In this document: piece after piece, positions 26,004 to 44,265 of the stretch | Position numbering within the stretch: the first letter of the stretch is position 1 | How the letters are laid out: each line of letters opens with the position of its first letter | Sequence record: LC494302.1 | Strand: one strand, 5' to 3' | DNA length: 64,000 bases | Position numbers and translations under genes: made by a program | The notes under the pieces: generated by a model | Seen by the model: the letters and a program-made list of their open reading frames with translations, nothing else | What the model was told of the DNA's origin: nothing | Database searches by the model: none

Positions 26004-27128
26004 ATGTCAGTTTTCAAAATTAACGAGAAGTCTCACCTAGAAAAAAATATGTTTTTTGATGAAAGTGTTGATATCCAACGCTTTGAAAGTAACAAATACT
26101 CTACACTTGAAAAACTAACAGAGCAACAGAAAAGTTTCTTCTGGACTCCTGGTGAAGTTGACGTATCTAAAGATAAAATTGATTTTGCCAACCTTAATGA
26201 TTCCGAGAAGCACATTTTTACCTCTAACTTGAAACGTCAAATTCTTCTTGATTCCGTACAAGGTCGTGGTCCAAACCTAATGTTACTTCCATATGCATCT
26301 CTACCTGAACTAGAGAACTTTATAGAGACATGGGCATTCTTTGAAGGTGCGATTCATAGCAAATCATACACTCACATTATTCGTAACATTTATCCTAATC
26401 CATCTGAAGTATTTGATACTATGTTGGACATTCCAGAAATCACAGATTGTGCGGCTGATGTTTCCAAATACTACGATGAACTTGATGTATTAGGAACTTT
26501 ATACCGTGCATTGGGCGTTGGGACACATACAATCAATGGTGAAACAGTTGAAATTAGTTTGTACGAACTAAAGAAAAAACTTTGGTTGTGTCTGAATAGT
26601 ATTAACATTCTTGAAGGTGTTCGTTTTTATGCAAGCTTTGCGTGTTCTTGGGCGTTTGCTGAAAACAATCTAATGGAAGGTAATGCTAAGATTATCCGTC
26701 TAATCTGTCGTGATGAAAACCTACACCTAGCAGCAACCCAAATGATTCTACGTCTTCTGAAAAAAGAAGATCCAGATATGGTAAAAATAGCAGAAGAGTG
26801 TTATGATGAAGTACTGGAAATGTTTATGTCTGCTATCCGTCAAGAAGAAGCTTGGGCAGACTTCCTCTTTAAAGATGGTTCAATCATTGGGCTGAATGCA
26901 GAAATCCTAAAACAATATGTTCGTTGGATTGGTTCTAAGCGTATGACTGCACTAGGAATTAAATGTCCATATACCGTATCTAAGAGTAACCCACTACCTT
27001 GGACTGAGCATTGGGTTAGTGGTGGTTCAGTACAAGTTGCACCACAAGAAACTGAAATAAGTTCTTATATCATTGGTGGTATTGTGAATGATATCCAAGT
27101 AGATACATTCACACCGTTCAAACTATAA
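26004..27128 (+). CDS. nrdB: class Ia ribonucleotide reductase beta subunit
   Basis: FFWTPGE, LDSVQGR, EGAIHSKSY, LEGVRFY, RDENLH, VAPQETEI. Confidence 0.97.
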   Translation: MSVFKINEKSHLEKNMFFDESVDIQRFESNKYSTLEKLTEQQKSFFWTPGEVDVSKDKIDFANLNDSEKHIFTSNLKRQILLDSVQGRGPNLMLLPYASLPELENFIETWAFFEGAIHSKSYTHIIRNIYPNPSEVFDTMLDIPEITDCAADVSKYYDELDVLGTLYRALGVGTHTINGETVEISLYELKKKLWLCLNSINILEGVRFYASFACSWAFAENNLMEGNAKIIRLICRDENLHLAATQMILRLLKKEDPDMVKIAEECYDEVLEMFMSAIRQEEAWADFLFKDGSIIGLNAEILKQYVRWIGSKRMTALGIKCPYTVSKSNPLPWTEHWVSGGSVQVAPQETEISSYIIGGIVNDIQVDTFTPFKL

Positions 27129-27140
27129 ATTCTAACTAAC

Positions 27141-27162
27141 AGGGATTCTATGAATCCCTTTT
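27141..27162 (+). terminator. rho-independent terminator
   Basis: AGGGATTC-TAT-GAATCCCT then TTT. Confidence 0.7.
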
Positions 27163-27178
27163 CTTATGGGTATAATAT

Positions 27179-28779
<1,601 letters not shown>

Positions 28780-28782
28780 TAA

Positions 28783-28811
28783 AAAAGGAGCAACAAAATG
28801 TTGCTCCTTTT
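28783..28811. terminator. bidirectional terminator between convergent genes
   Basis: AAAAGGAGCAAC-AAAAT-GTTGCTCCTTTT. Confidence 0.8.
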
Positions 28812-28814
28812 ATT

Positions 28815-30217
<1,403 letters not shown>

Positions 30218-30252
30218 TGTTAATCTCCAATCTTATTGTTATTTTTATAAAG

Positions 30253-30258
30253 TATTTA
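30253..30258 (-). promoter_or_regulatory. late promoter TAAATA for the holin-like pair
   Basis: TAAATA on the minus strand ~40 nt upstream of ATG 30212. Confidence 0.55.
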
Positions 30259-30302
30259 CCCAATTTTACGTTTTACATAGTTTATATGGAGAAAGAAGTA
30301 AT

Positions 30303-31605
<1,303 letters not shown>

Positions 31606-31611
31606 CTTGAA

Positions 31612-32976
31612 ATGTATAAATCAGTCGAGGGAATGATGAGTAAAATTAAGCTTACGGATAAGCAACAAGAAATCTTTGATGATTTTATAGATCGTGTTTA
31701 CAACTATGCAGGTAAAACAATTTCAGTTTTATCTGCACCAGCAGGAACTGGAAAAACATTCACTACTGCTGAGATTGTAAAAGCACTATGTAAAAATTAT
31801 AATATTGCAGTAACTTCACCTACACATAAAGCCAATGCTGTTATTCGTAATATGCTAATTAATAATGCTGGTCTTACTAAGGAAGATGCACAAGTTAGTA
31901 CTATACACTCTTTTTTAGGATTAAAATTAGTATATGAAAAGAATCGTCAAGTACTGAAGCATGATCCACAAAGTAAAGTTAGTAATACTAACGTTGACAT
32001 TCTTATTGTTGATGAGTGTAGTATGATTTCAGATGAACTATTCCAGCACATACAAGACCAATTGTGGCGTGTCCGTAGAGCAGTTTTATTCATTGGTGAT
32101 CGTTGTCAATTGCCTCCAGTTGAGTCAGAAGGAACAATGGGCGAGACTAAATTGTCTCCTACGTTTGATGTACCTGTTCAATATGAGTTAACTGAGGTTT
32201 TACGACAAGCATTAGATAATCCGATTCTGGCAGTTGCAACTGCTATTCGTGAGTGTATTGGAACTAGTAAAAATCCATTTGATATTATGCACCAAACATA
32301 TGGTTTAAGCACTATTACACCTATTGATGATGAAGATTTGTTTTTGAATGTTTATCGTGAATTTATTATGGAAAACAAGGGTTCATCTAAAAAAATATTT
32401 GATTTCGTAAATGAAAATAAAATCTTAGCATATACTAACTATCGAGTTAATTTGGCTAATATTTACATTAGAAGTCAACTATTTGAAGTACCAGATGAAT
32501 TTACTAAAGGTGAACCAATTGTTTTTGAAAGCATAACTGAGAATAGTCCATATGTAGTACAACAAATTATACAATGTCCTGAAGTGAAACGTGAAAGTTT
32601 TATGGGGATTGATTGTTGGCAATTCCGTTTACCTAATGGTAGTTATATTTTAGGCGTAGGACCAGAAACAAGAATTGCAATGGACGAAAAACTAGATAAA
32701 CTTGTTAAGGATATTGAGAAAAAAGAAATAAATCCATTGACAAAGAAACCATATATGTGGCAGGATTACTATGTAATTAAGAACAAATTACATATCATCA
32801 ATTATCCTTATGCAACCACTGTTCATAAATCACAAGGAAGTACTTTTGATAACATTTGGTTTGATACTGATTTTATTGAACGTATTGGTACAAATGATAC
32901 TAAGTGTAGAATTTTATACACTGCCATGACACGCCCACGCTATAGTGTTATGTTGAGGCAAAATGCACGATTCTAA
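31612..32976 (+). CDS. dda: SF1B DNA helicase (Dda/RecD-like)
   Basis: APAGTGKT, IVDECSM, GDRCQLPPV, VLRQ, TVHKSQGST, YTAMTR. Confidence 0.9.
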   Translation: MYKSVEGMMSKIKLTDKQQEIFDDFIDRVYNYAGKTISVLSAPAGTGKTFTTAEIVKALCKNYNIAVTSPTHKANAVIRNMLINNAGLTKEDAQVSTIHSFLGLKLVYEKNRQVLKHDPQSKVSNTNVDILIVDECSMISDELFQHIQDQLWRVRRAVLFIGDRCQLPPVESEGTMGETKLSPTFDVPVQYELTEVLRQALDNPILAVATAIRECIGTSKNPFDIMHQTYGLSTITPIDDEDLFLNVYREFIMENKGSSKKIFDFVNENKILAYTNYRVNLANIYIRSQLFEVPDEFTKGEPIVFESITENSPYVVQQIIQCPEVKRESFMGIDCWQFRLPNGSYILGVGPETRIAMDEKLDKLVKDIEKKEINPLTKKPYMWQDYYVIKNKLHIINYPYATTVHKSQGSTFDNIWFDTDFIERIGTNDTKCRILYTAMTRPRYSVMLRQNARF

Positions 32977-33059
32977 AAGACTAAATGTTATACGTAAATA
33001 TTTTTGATTTTTAATAATAAATAATCAAAAGTGTTTTGTATTATGGAGAAGAATATACA

Positions 33060-33626
33060 ATGAACAATTTACTACAAGTATTTAAAATTGAAGTTGCAGG
33101 GACGAACCTAGATAATATCCCATATTATATGTATGGTGATTATGATTCATCTTCCCCAACAACCGCACCGACTGACCAGCAAACTATTGATAAGTCAATT
33201 GCACTTTTGCGTTACCTACAACTTTCTCGTTTGCTTTCAACTTATTCAGTACCAGTTTATAGCAATGTTGAATTTGCTACACCAGGAACTGCAAAAACGA
33301 TCCCAACTGGTGCAACAATCACTGTTGGATATATTAGTTATCAACCTTTTCTTAGTACTTTGAGTGTTGCAGAGCAAGCAGCACTAACTAGTGAAGATAT
33401 GAAAACAGCAAAAGCTGCTGAGATTATCCAAACACTAATCAATGATTCATTGAAAGGTAATGGCACTAATGCACTAGAAAATGAAGAAATTACTGTACAA
33501 AAAACCATACAACGTATCAAGAATGCTCTTACTACGAGTACTGTTGATTTCATTGAGTATGAGAACGTGTATCTTAATGTTCCTTCTGTTTCTGATGCAT
33601 CTGTAGTATCTTACGTTAAATTATAA
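33060..33626 (+). CDS. hypothetical late protein
   Basis: ATG 33060 after GGAG; TAAATA at 32995-33000 and 33018-33023. Confidence 0.65.
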   Translation: MNNLLQVFKIEVAGTNLDNIPYYMYGDYDSSSPTTAPTDQQTIDKSIALLRYLQLSRLLSTYSVPVYSNVEFATPGTAKTIPTGATITVGYISYQPFLSTLSVAEQAALTSEDMKTAKAAEIIQTLINDSLKGNGTNALENEEITVQKTIQRIKNALTTSTVDFIEYENVYLNVPSVSDASVVSYVKL

Positions 33627-33649
33627 TTTTATAACATGGAGTTCTTGAC

Positions 33650-33844
33650 ATGACTGACAAAACATTTTATGATCGTATTATTGAAGACAAGGGAGTTTTT
33701 GATAAGGTAGTTTATGACCTAGAACTTATGATCAAAGACGCACCGAACCCCCGTGTGCGAACCCAAGCAGAATTTGCAAAAACTTATCTTGTTCAAGTTC
33801 AAGCAATCTGTGAAGCAATTAAAAAACACAATGATAGTGCTTGA
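33650..33844 (+). CDS. hypothetical protein
   Basis: 64-aa ORF with GGAG SD. Confidence 0.65.
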   Translation: MTDKTFYDRIIEDKGVFDKVVYDLELMIKDAPNPRVRTQAEFAKTYLVQVQAICEAIKKHNDSA

Positions 33845-33869
33845 CAGAACTAATGTTCTATCCTATAAT
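33841..33869 (+). promoter_or_regulatory. sigma70 (early) promoter
   Basis: TTGACA-N17-TATAAT, a perfect consensus, upstream of IF3. Confidence 0.8.
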
Positions 33870-33913
33870 TACTATCGAACAAAACATTAAAATCATATTG
33901 GAGCTTTTATTAC

Positions 33914-34976
<1,063 letters not shown>

Positions 34977-34987
34977 AATATAGACTT

Positions 34988-37153
<2,166 letters not shown>

Positions 37154-37154
<1 letters not shown>

Positions 37155-37945
37155 TGCCAAGTAAGAGTAAAAGTCAGGCTAAATTCTTCGCAGCCGCCGC
37201 ACACAATCCAGAATTTGCAAAGAAAGCTGGAATTTCACAAAGTGCTGCTAAAGAATGGAATGCCGCTGATGAAAAGGAAGGAAATCTTAAAAAAAGTTCT
37301 AAACTTCCTAATAAAGTAAAAGAAGCAAGTATGCGTAGTTTAGTCGATATTGTACAAGATGCAGAATTAGCTGATACAGACGACAGAACTTGTGATATAA
37401 TGGATTCATGTGAAGACGACAAAGATAAGTTGGATGAAATGCCACAACGTTTCGATAGTTTTCAAGGTCAAGACCGAGACGAGTTTGTCGATAAAACTGC
37501 CGAAATGACAGGTAAGCACAACATGGTTAAGTTCGCAGAACATAAAGACTATGATGTATATATGAACAAAAACGGTACTGGATTTATCGCTTACGATAAG
37601 TCTGGTAAACAGCTTGCTATAGTTAGTGGGCATTTATCCAATGATGCAGTACTTGGTGTTCAAAACGTTTTTGAAATTGCCGCAACTGCATCTAAAACTG
37701 GAACTAAAGGTATAATTTATAATATTTTTATGGATATGATATCACATGGTATTAAAGTTCTGAGTGATAGTCTGCATACTGATGATGCAATTAAATTCTG
37801 GACCCGTTTAATTGGTTCCCATCAAGTTTATATTGTTGGTGGTGGTGAAGTACTTGCAAAGGCGAGTCCAGATAAGGTTCATAAGTACTGGAGTGATGAT
37901 GAATCAAGTCCAAGTGCCGAACTTCAACTTATGTTAGTAAAATAA
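37154..37945 (+). CDS. late protein with conserved basic N-terminal motif and GNAT-like C-terminal domain
   Basis: MPSKSKSQAKFFAAAAHNPEFAKKAGI N-terminus; C-terminal VLSDSLHTDDAIKFWTRL resembles the end of phage GNAT-like folds. Confidence 0.45.
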
Positions 37946-37949
37946 TAAT

Positions 37950-37981
37950 ATATCGGGACAAATTGTTCCGATATTTTTTTT
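37950..37981 (+). terminator. rho-independent terminator
   Basis: ATATCGGGAC...GTTCCGATAT stem followed by a T-run. Confidence 0.7.
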
Positions 37982-38009
37982 GAGACAAACAAAACATTGG
38001 TGATACAAT
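37982..38009 (+). promoter_or_regulatory. class II promoter GAGACA-N16-TACAAT
   Basis: GAGACA 37982-37987, TGA-TACAAT 38004-38009, upstream of topoisomerase. Confidence 0.6.
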
Positions 38010-38043
38010 GTTTTATGACAAAGAGACATGATAAGGAATTCAA

Positions 38044-40008
38044 ATGGCTAAGAAAGAAAGTGCTGTTCTACAGGAACATGATGTTCAACGACTAAATGAT
38101 TATCAACATGCTCGTTTGCGTACCGAGATGTATCTTGGTTCTCGTTCAGTGCATGAAAGTCAAGTACTGATTTTTGGCGAATCAGGTTATGAGGTTAAGA
38201 ACGTAGAATGGGTTCCTGCAATTCTTACTGCTACACGTGAAATTATTGATAACAGCTTAGATGAATTTAAAAAAGCTGGAACCAAAGAACCTGTTTTGAA
38301 AGTTGATTTCAATGAAGAAGAACTATCATTTGAAATTAGTGACAATGGACGTGGTATTCCAATTGATTATGTTCCAGAGTATCAGAAAAACTTGTGTACT
38401 ATGGTAATGACTGAAACAAAAACAGGCCGTAACTTTGACGATTCAAAACGTGATGAAACGATTGGTCAGAATGGTTTAGGTGGTTCTGTTGCAATGATTG
38501 TCAGTTCTAAGGCAGAGTTAGAAATTCATCGCCAAGGTCGTCCGTATAAAACACAAAGTAGTAATGATGGTTATGATGGGTTTTATAAGTTCAATCAGAA
38601 GTTTGAGGAAGGAACTATTATGTTCCCTGAGCTTCATGTACACGAACCTACTATTAGAAAGGTACAAACCGATAAAACTGGAACAACAATTCGTTTTACT
38701 TTGAGTAAAGAAGTTTTTCCAAACAGAAAACTACCAACCGAATTACTTTATAGTATTCTTAAAGAAATGGCAGCAGCTAACCCAACTTATAAAATCTTTC
38801 TGAACGGGAAACGTATTGCTATTAAAGGAAACACTGAAAAAGCACTCTTCAATGCATCTAAATTAATGCAGTTGAATGTTAAAGATGATTCATTCAATTT
38901 TAACAGTACTTTTTATATTGTTCCTAATGCAGTAGCTGGCATGAACACGAATTTCCATATGCATGGGTTGGTTAACAATGCTCCTGCATTTGATGGTGGT
39001 ACACATCTTGATACATTCAAGAAATTCTTCTCACTCGGTGTAGGAACTGCACTAGAGAAAGAATCTAAGAAACGTAGGATGAAACCTAATCGTTCTGATA
39101 TTGAAGAAGGTTTGTTGATTTATAATGTCACAACTATGAAAGCACCTTCATTCAACTCACAGATTAAATCTAAACTAACTAATGAAAACGTAATCCGTCC
39201 AATTCAACAAGCTATGAGTACCGAATGGTTTGATGAATTAGTTAAGAAGAACAAAGAATGGGTTGATGAAATCTTCGAACGTTGTGCTGCCCGTACAAAT
39301 AAGAAAGATGCAGAAGAAGATCGTCGCCTAGCAAAGAAACTTCTAAAAGGTAAAGTTGCAAAACTATTGGATAGTACTGGAACAGACCGTTCACAGTGTA
39401 TTCTATTGATTGCAGAAGGTGACTCTGCAATTTCCAACATGGCTAGTGCTCGTATACCAAGTATTCATGGTATTCTACCATTGCGTGGGAAAATTATGAA
39501 CGTCAGTGGTACTGAGAAAACCAAAGAATTAATGGATTCAATGGCTTTACATGATATAATGGCTAGTATCAACTTAGTTCCAGGTGTTAAAGCAGAACGT
39601 TCTGAACTAAACTATGGTAAGCTTTACATCTGTGCTGATGAAGATGAAGATGGGAAGAACATTGGTGCTCTAGTGTGTAACTTCTTATTTAAATTCTGGC
39701 CTGAATTGTTTCAAGACCCAGAAAATCCATTTGTGTATGTATTCAAAACACCATTTATCATTCTTGAGAAAGGTAAAGAATCAAAATACTACTATGGTCA
39801 TAATGTGCATGAATATAACCCAGATGATTGGAAAGGCTGGAAAGCAACGCGTGCAAAAGGTTTAGGAACTTTAGAAAAAGCAAACTTCCGTGATGCATTC
39901 ACTAATAGTGTTGCAGTAGCGATCACCGATGATGGACGTCTTGGAGAAACTCTTGATTTGATTTTCAACAAGAAACGTGCAGATGATCGTAAGAACTGGA
40001 TGGAATAA
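38044..40008 (+). CDS. 39: type IIA topoisomerase ATPase/TOPRIM subunit (gp39+gp60, GyrB/ParE-like)
   Basis: EIIDNSLDE, SDNGRGIP, GQNGLG, IAEGDSA, PLRGK, ADEDEDG, KGLGTL. Confidence 0.95.
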   Translation: MAKKESAVLQEHDVQRLNDYQHARLRTEMYLGSRSVHESQVLIFGESGYEVKNVEWVPAILTATREIIDNSLDEFKKAGTKEPVLKVDFNEEELSFEISDNGRGIPIDYVPEYQKNLCTMVMTETKTGRNFDDSKRDETIGQNGLGGSVAMIVSSKAELEIHRQGRPYKTQSSNDGYDGFYKFNQKFEEGTIMFPELHVHEPTIRKVQTDKTGTTIRFTLSKEVFPNRKLPTELLYSILKEMAAANPTYKIFLNGKRIAIKGNTEKALFNASKLMQLNVKDDSFNFNSTFYIVPNAVAGMNTNFHMHGLVNNAPAFDGGTHLDTFKKFFSLGVGTALEKESKKRRMKPNRSDIEEGLLIYNVTTMKAPSFNSQIKSKLTNENVIRPIQQAMSTEWFDELVKKNKEWVDEIFERCAARTNKKDAEEDRRLAKKLLKGKVAKLLDSTGTDRSQCILLIAEGDSAISNMASARIPSIHGILPLRGKIMNVSGTEKTKELMDSMALHDIMASINLVPGVKAERSELNYGKLYICADEDEDGKNIGALVCNFLFKFWPELFQDPENPFVYVFKTPFIILEKGKESKYYYGHNVHEYNPDDWKGWKATRAKGLGTLEKANFRDAFTNSVAVAITDDGRLGETLDLIFNKKRADDRKNWME

Positions 40009-40019
40009 TATAGACTAAT

Positions 40020-40042
40020 GGGGAACATGGTGTTCCCCTTTT
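40020..40042 (+). terminator. terminator-like hairpin
   Basis: GGGGAACA-TGG-TGTTCCCC then TTTT. Confidence 0.6.
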
Positions 40043-40058
40043 ACCAAGAGACAATGGA

Positions 40059-41471
40059 ATGGCTAAAAGTAAAAAAACAGAAAATCATAATATCGATAAC
40101 CAAACACTAACTCTACTAGATTATAACAGTTCTGATTATGTGAATACAACATCACTAGAATATTCGATGTATACACTAGACCGTGCTATTCCTGGAATTG
40201 ATGGTCTAAAGAGTTCACAACGTAAAGCAATCTTCACATTATCTAAAATTAGTGGGGAAATTAAAACAGTATCATGTGCTGGAAAAATGATTAGTGATGG
40301 TATCTATCTTCATGGGGACACGTCAGCATCAGGAACACTTCAAAATCTAGCATCTCCAGTAGCTAACAACTATCCTCTTATTGGAAAACGTGGTGGTTTT
40401 GGTACACAAGTAAACAGTACACCAGCATCTGCTCGTTACACTTATGTTAAAAAGAATAAGAGTACTGAGATGCTTGTTTTGCGTGATGCTGATATTATAC
40501 CAATGAAAGAGAACTATGACGGGACAACATATGAACCTGTTCATTTCTTGCCTATTATTCCATTATCATTGTTTGGTAATGATAGTATGTCAGTTGGTTA
40601 TAAGAGTACAATTCTACCACATAAAATTGAAGATATTATTGATAATTGCATTCGTGCTATTGATAAAAAACCACTAAAAGAAATGACCCCATATTATGTT
40701 TCATGTGGTGCAAGTGATGTTGTGACTAAGCTTGATGAAAATAAGTATGAATTCTATGGTAAAGCTGAGGTTATTGATGCAAGCACTGTTAAAGTAACAG
40801 GCTTACCACCTAATTACAGTATTGAGAAATTCATCGAAAAACTAATCAAAATGAGTGATGATGGTGAGATTCGTGATTATGACAATGATAGTACTGATGT
40901 AATTGATATTACCATTAAACTTCCACGTGGAACGTCAGCTAAATGGACAGAGATGGATGTTATTGAGTATTTTGGCATTAACAAAAAAATGACTCAACAT
41001 TTAACTGTTCTAGGTGAAAATGGCAAAGTGAAAGTTTACGATACTACGATGGATTTGATTAAAGACTTCGTTGATTTCCGTTTCAAATATTACATCAAGC
41101 GTTATGAAAAGAAACTTGATGATTGTGCTGCTGAAGTTCGTTATAAAATTCTAATTAAAGAATGTTTCGATAATGATATGATTGCTAAGGTAAAAGGATT
41201 TGCAAACCGTGCTGAAATGGTTGAATTCGTTAAATCGTTAAATACCGAAATTGAAGCAACGGAAGAGAATATTCAAAGCATTGTAAACTTCCCTTCATAT
41301 CGCTGGACGCAAGATAATTATCAATCAGTACTACAAGATATTCAAGATAATCTTGATTTGATGGATAAGTACAATGAACTGTTATCTAATCATGACTTAA
41401 TTTGGGACATTTATAAATCTGAACTAAAAGAACTAAGAAAGATTGACTTTACTCCTAAATCAGACAATTGA
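40059..41471 (+). CDS. 52: type IIA topoisomerase breakage-reunion subunit (gp52, GyrA/ParC-like)
   Basis: RAIPGIDGLKSSQRK, YLHGDTS, catalytic Tyr in SARYT. Confidence 0.93.
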   Translation: MAKSKKTENHNIDNQTLTLLDYNSSDYVNTTSLEYSMYTLDRAIPGIDGLKSSQRKAIFTLSKISGEIKTVSCAGKMISDGIYLHGDTSASGTLQNLASPVANNYPLIGKRGGFGTQVNSTPASARYTYVKKNKSTEMLVLRDADIIPMKENYDGTTYEPVHFLPIIPLSLFGNDSMSVGYKSTILPHKIEDIIDNCIRAIDKKPLKEMTPYYVSCGASDVVTKLDENKYEFYGKAEVIDASTVKVTGLPPNYSIEKFIEKLIKMSDDGEIRDYDNDSTDVIDITIKLPRGTSAKWTEMDVIEYFGINKKMTQHLTVLGENGKVKVYDTTMDLIKDFVDFRFKYYIKRYEKKLDDCAAEVRYKILIKECFDNDMIAKVKGFANRAEMVEFVKSLNTEIEATEENIQSIVNFPSYRWTQDNYQSVLQDIQDNLDLMDKYNELLSNHDLIWDIYKSELKELRKIDFTPKSDN

Positions 41472-41481
41472 TATATTTAAT

Positions 41482-41505
41482 GGAAGACCTTATGGGTCTT
41501 CCTTG
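41482..41505 (+). terminator. terminator-like hairpin
   Basis: GGAAGACC-TTATG-GGTCTTCC. Confidence 0.6.
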
Positions 41506-41512
41506 TCCTTTA

Positions 41513-41520
41513 TATAAATA
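41513..41520 (+). promoter_or_regulatory. T4-consensus late promoter TATAAATA
   Basis: Exact TATAAATA 39 nt before ATG 41559. Confidence 0.7.
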
Positions 41521-41558
41521 ATCTATAGATAATGGCAGCTTGGCTATGGAGAATTATA

Positions 41559-43952
41559 ATGACAACTTTTACCCCACGATGGGATATAAAAGCCGATGCT
41601 CGATATATACAAGAAGGACAAGACATTCTTGTGCGTTTGAGTATCAATAAAGAAAGCACAACGGATGATAGCTATGTATTAAATGAAGATGAATACTTAG
41701 AAATGATTCTTAACATACAATGCTTGGATAGTTCAGGTGCTGTATTTGATCCAGAACCACATTATACTTTTTATGTTGGTAATGACGAAAATACTTTTGT
41801 TCCTATTTCAGATGGTACAACTGGTAATAAATTAGTAAATGGTAAGCATAAGTGTAAAATCAGCAAAAATGAATTTAACTTATCTGCAAGTACTAATAGT
41901 GAAGATGTTTATTTTATAAAAATTCATTGTAAAAATGATGGAACCTATAATAATACAGAAATTATAAATTTTTATTTACAAGCAGTAAATGTTATGTATT
42001 TTGGAAATATTTCACCAAGTGGTGTTCTAGGATTAACTGATACATCAATAACATATGATAGTCAAGAAGTTTGGGTTACACCCGGAGTTGAGATTGGTGA
42101 TGACAAAAAGCTTTATTGTATTGGTGATGTTGAGTATGGCTCCAACAGTACATTGTTCGTTCAAGGATTTGGAAGAAGACGACCTTTCATTTTGGGTACT
42201 GACATGACTACTGATATTACACCTCGTGTCTTTTTTCCAGCATATCGTTTGATTGACATGGATATTTCTGAAGTTCCAGATAAACATATTACGAATGATT
42301 TCGCAGTATTCAAGCCAGCACAATCAACATGGCCTATTTCTGGTATAAACAAAGAAGTAAAAGTTAATATTCAAAATAGAAATGGTAATTTAATTGACAC
42401 TGGAATGGTGTTCAACCCAAATGGGCAATTATTGCAAACATTTTTATATGACTCAGATGCTTGTGATGCATATTTTAAAGTTGAGATTGTTGATATATTA
42501 AGTACATACACCGAAGAAAGTGAAAGGTTTGCTATCAATCAACGATATAAAGCATATCAAATGTGGGTTTGTCCTGAAGACATAGATACTATATATTCTA
42601 TTTCAGAAAAACCACTACCCAATCATTTATATCAATTAAAAGATAATGTTGTGTATCCATACGTAATTAGTGGTGAATACGATAATGGAACAATTAAGCC
42701 CGTTTATGATAGTAGTGATTGGATTGATTTAGGATATTATGACTCTACTCTTGGTGATAATATCATTGGTATGCAAAAAATGTTCAGGGTTTTGATAAAC
42801 GCAGAAGAAGGTAATAATATAAACTTTATTACTGATAGTGATTTAGGAACCATACATGTTGGTGAATATTTTGGAGACAGTATATATCCTAAAATTGAAA
42901 CTGATAGCTCTAATCAAGTTTCGTATGTTTTAGATGGTGGTGATGACATTAGAAAGTATGGGATAGATTTGACACCAGATGGATATCTTGTAGGAACTGC
43001 ATATGCCAAAAGTATTGATTTTAGTGAAAATGATGATATTAAATTATCGTTTTATGTTAAAGCATTTAGTACTGAAGGTGGTGAAGCAAGAAAAATATTT
43101 AACCTTAAGATTGTAAGAGGATTCGGACAGAATTATTTGAGTGCACATGTATTACCTTCGGTTGCATTTGAGAGAGAATGGTTTAAATGTATAAGTACTT
43201 CATCATTCACTAATCAACTATTTTTCCGACAATCTGACAATAGATATGGTCTTCAGAAAATACCGAAGATGTTATTGAAAGAAAACTTCCTAAGTCAAAC
43301 GTATCCATATACTAACCTTTCTGATATCAAGAAAGTATTGAGAAATAGTATAATTAACCCAAATGGAACTACTATTCCAAATGGAAAATTTAAAATGGTA
43401 ATGGGTAATTATAAAATAATATCAGCACTTGACAATCAAGGTAACTTACAATATGATCTATTATATAGAGAGGTTTTACCTGAAGGTTCTTTAGTATCTG
43501 TATCCAAAAATCCACGTCAATATACTCAAATCGACAACGGTCAGCTTGGTGAATTATTTGGTTTACGACAAAATATTTTTCAGGCTATTGGTGAAGACAC
43601 AACCAACTTAGTAAAAGACCCAACCGATTTACAAAATCGTGGTCTATACGTTGATGCGATACCAAGTATCAGTGATGAAATGCTTGATACGGTCCCAAGA
43701 TTTATGAATCACCCATACATTGAAGATGGTATACAGAAAAAATTCATGCCTATCATTCCAGTTGCATATTGTCAACCAGGCAAAGGTGAAGCATTTTTCA
43801 ACACTTTACTTCAGAACAATGAACATGGTACAATGGTAGGTGTAGAGTTCGAAATCACATCGGTTGAATTCGGATACTTTTCGCATGAATCAGTGAATTA
43901 TGTTTCAGATACATTTTTGATTACATTGCAAAACAATAACATAGGAGGTTAA
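41559..43952 (+). CDS. large virion structural protein (baseplate-wedge-like, Ig/cadherin-type segment)
   Basis: Late promoter, GGAG SD, ~800 aa beta-rich, FITDSDLGTI...GIDLTPDGYLVG segment. Confidence 0.55.
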   Translation: MTTFTPRWDIKADARYIQEGQDILVRLSINKESTTDDSYVLNEDEYLEMILNIQCLDSSGAVFDPEPHYTFYVGNDENTFVPISDGTTGNKLVNGKHKCKISKNEFNLSASTNSEDVYFIKIHCKNDGTYNNTEIINFYLQAVNVMYFGNISPSGVLGLTDTSITYDSQEVWVTPGVEIGDDKKLYCIGDVEYGSNSTLFVQGFGRRRPFILGTDMTTDITPRVFFPAYRLIDMDISEVPDKHITNDFAVFKPAQSTWPISGINKEVKVNIQNRNGNLIDTGMVFNPNGQLLQTFLYDSDACDAYFKVEIVDILSTYTEESERFAINQRYKAYQMWVCPEDIDTIYSISEKPLPNHLYQLKDNVVYPYVISGEYDNGTIKPVYDSSDWIDLGYYDSTLGDNIIGMQKMFRVLINAEEGNNINFITDSDLGTIHVGEYFGDSIYPKIETDSSNQVSYVLDGGDDIRKYGIDLTPDGYLVGTAYAKSIDFSENDDIKLSFYVKAFSTEGGEARKIFNLKIVRGFGQNYLSAHVLPSVAFEREWFKCISTSSFTNQLFFRQSDNRYGLQKIPKMLLKENFLSQTYPYTNLSDIKKVLRNSIINPNGTTIPNGKFKMVMGNYKIISALDNQGNLQYDLLYREVLPEGSLVSVSKNPRQYTQIDNGQLGELFGLRQNIFQAIGEDTTNLVKDPTDLQNRGLYVDAIPSISDEMLDTVPRFMNHPYIEDGIQKKFMPIIPVAYCQPGKGEAFFNTLLQNNEHGTMVGVEFEITSVEFGYFSHESVNYVSDTFLITLQNNNIGG

Positions 43953-43953
43953 T

Positions 43954-44265
43954 ATGTTTAATCCGTTTTTTGACCCGTCTGGAATGACGGAAAAAGAACT
44001 ACAGTTAAAAATTAATGAACAGTCAATGCGTTTAACTTCTGCTCGTGCTGCTGGCCTAAGCGACATGATTATTGGTAATATGCAAACTGTCTTAAATCAA
44101 TGTTATGCTGAACTAGAACTTCGCCAAGGACAAAAAGAAAAAACTGTTTATGACGAAGAAGATCCATGTATCTTCGATATGGATTCATATCTAACTGACA
44201 ACGAAGAGGCCCAGAAGAAGAAAAATGAAAGTACAAGGAAACAGATTTATAAGTCCCAATGGTGA
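43954..44265 (+). CDS. hypothetical protein
   Basis: 103-aa ORF after GGAGG SD. Confidence 0.75.
   Translation: MFNPFFDPSGMTEKELQLKINEQSMRLTSARAAGLSDMIIGNMQTVLNQCYAELELRQGQKEKTVYDEEDPCIFDMDSYLTDNEEAQKKKNESTRKQIYKSQW

Noticed and set aside
33645-33673. TTGACA-N17-TATGAT overlapping the start of ORF 33650
   Set aside because: It is plausible but lies inside a coding start, and a perfect promoter sits 200 nt downstream; there is too little support to call it.
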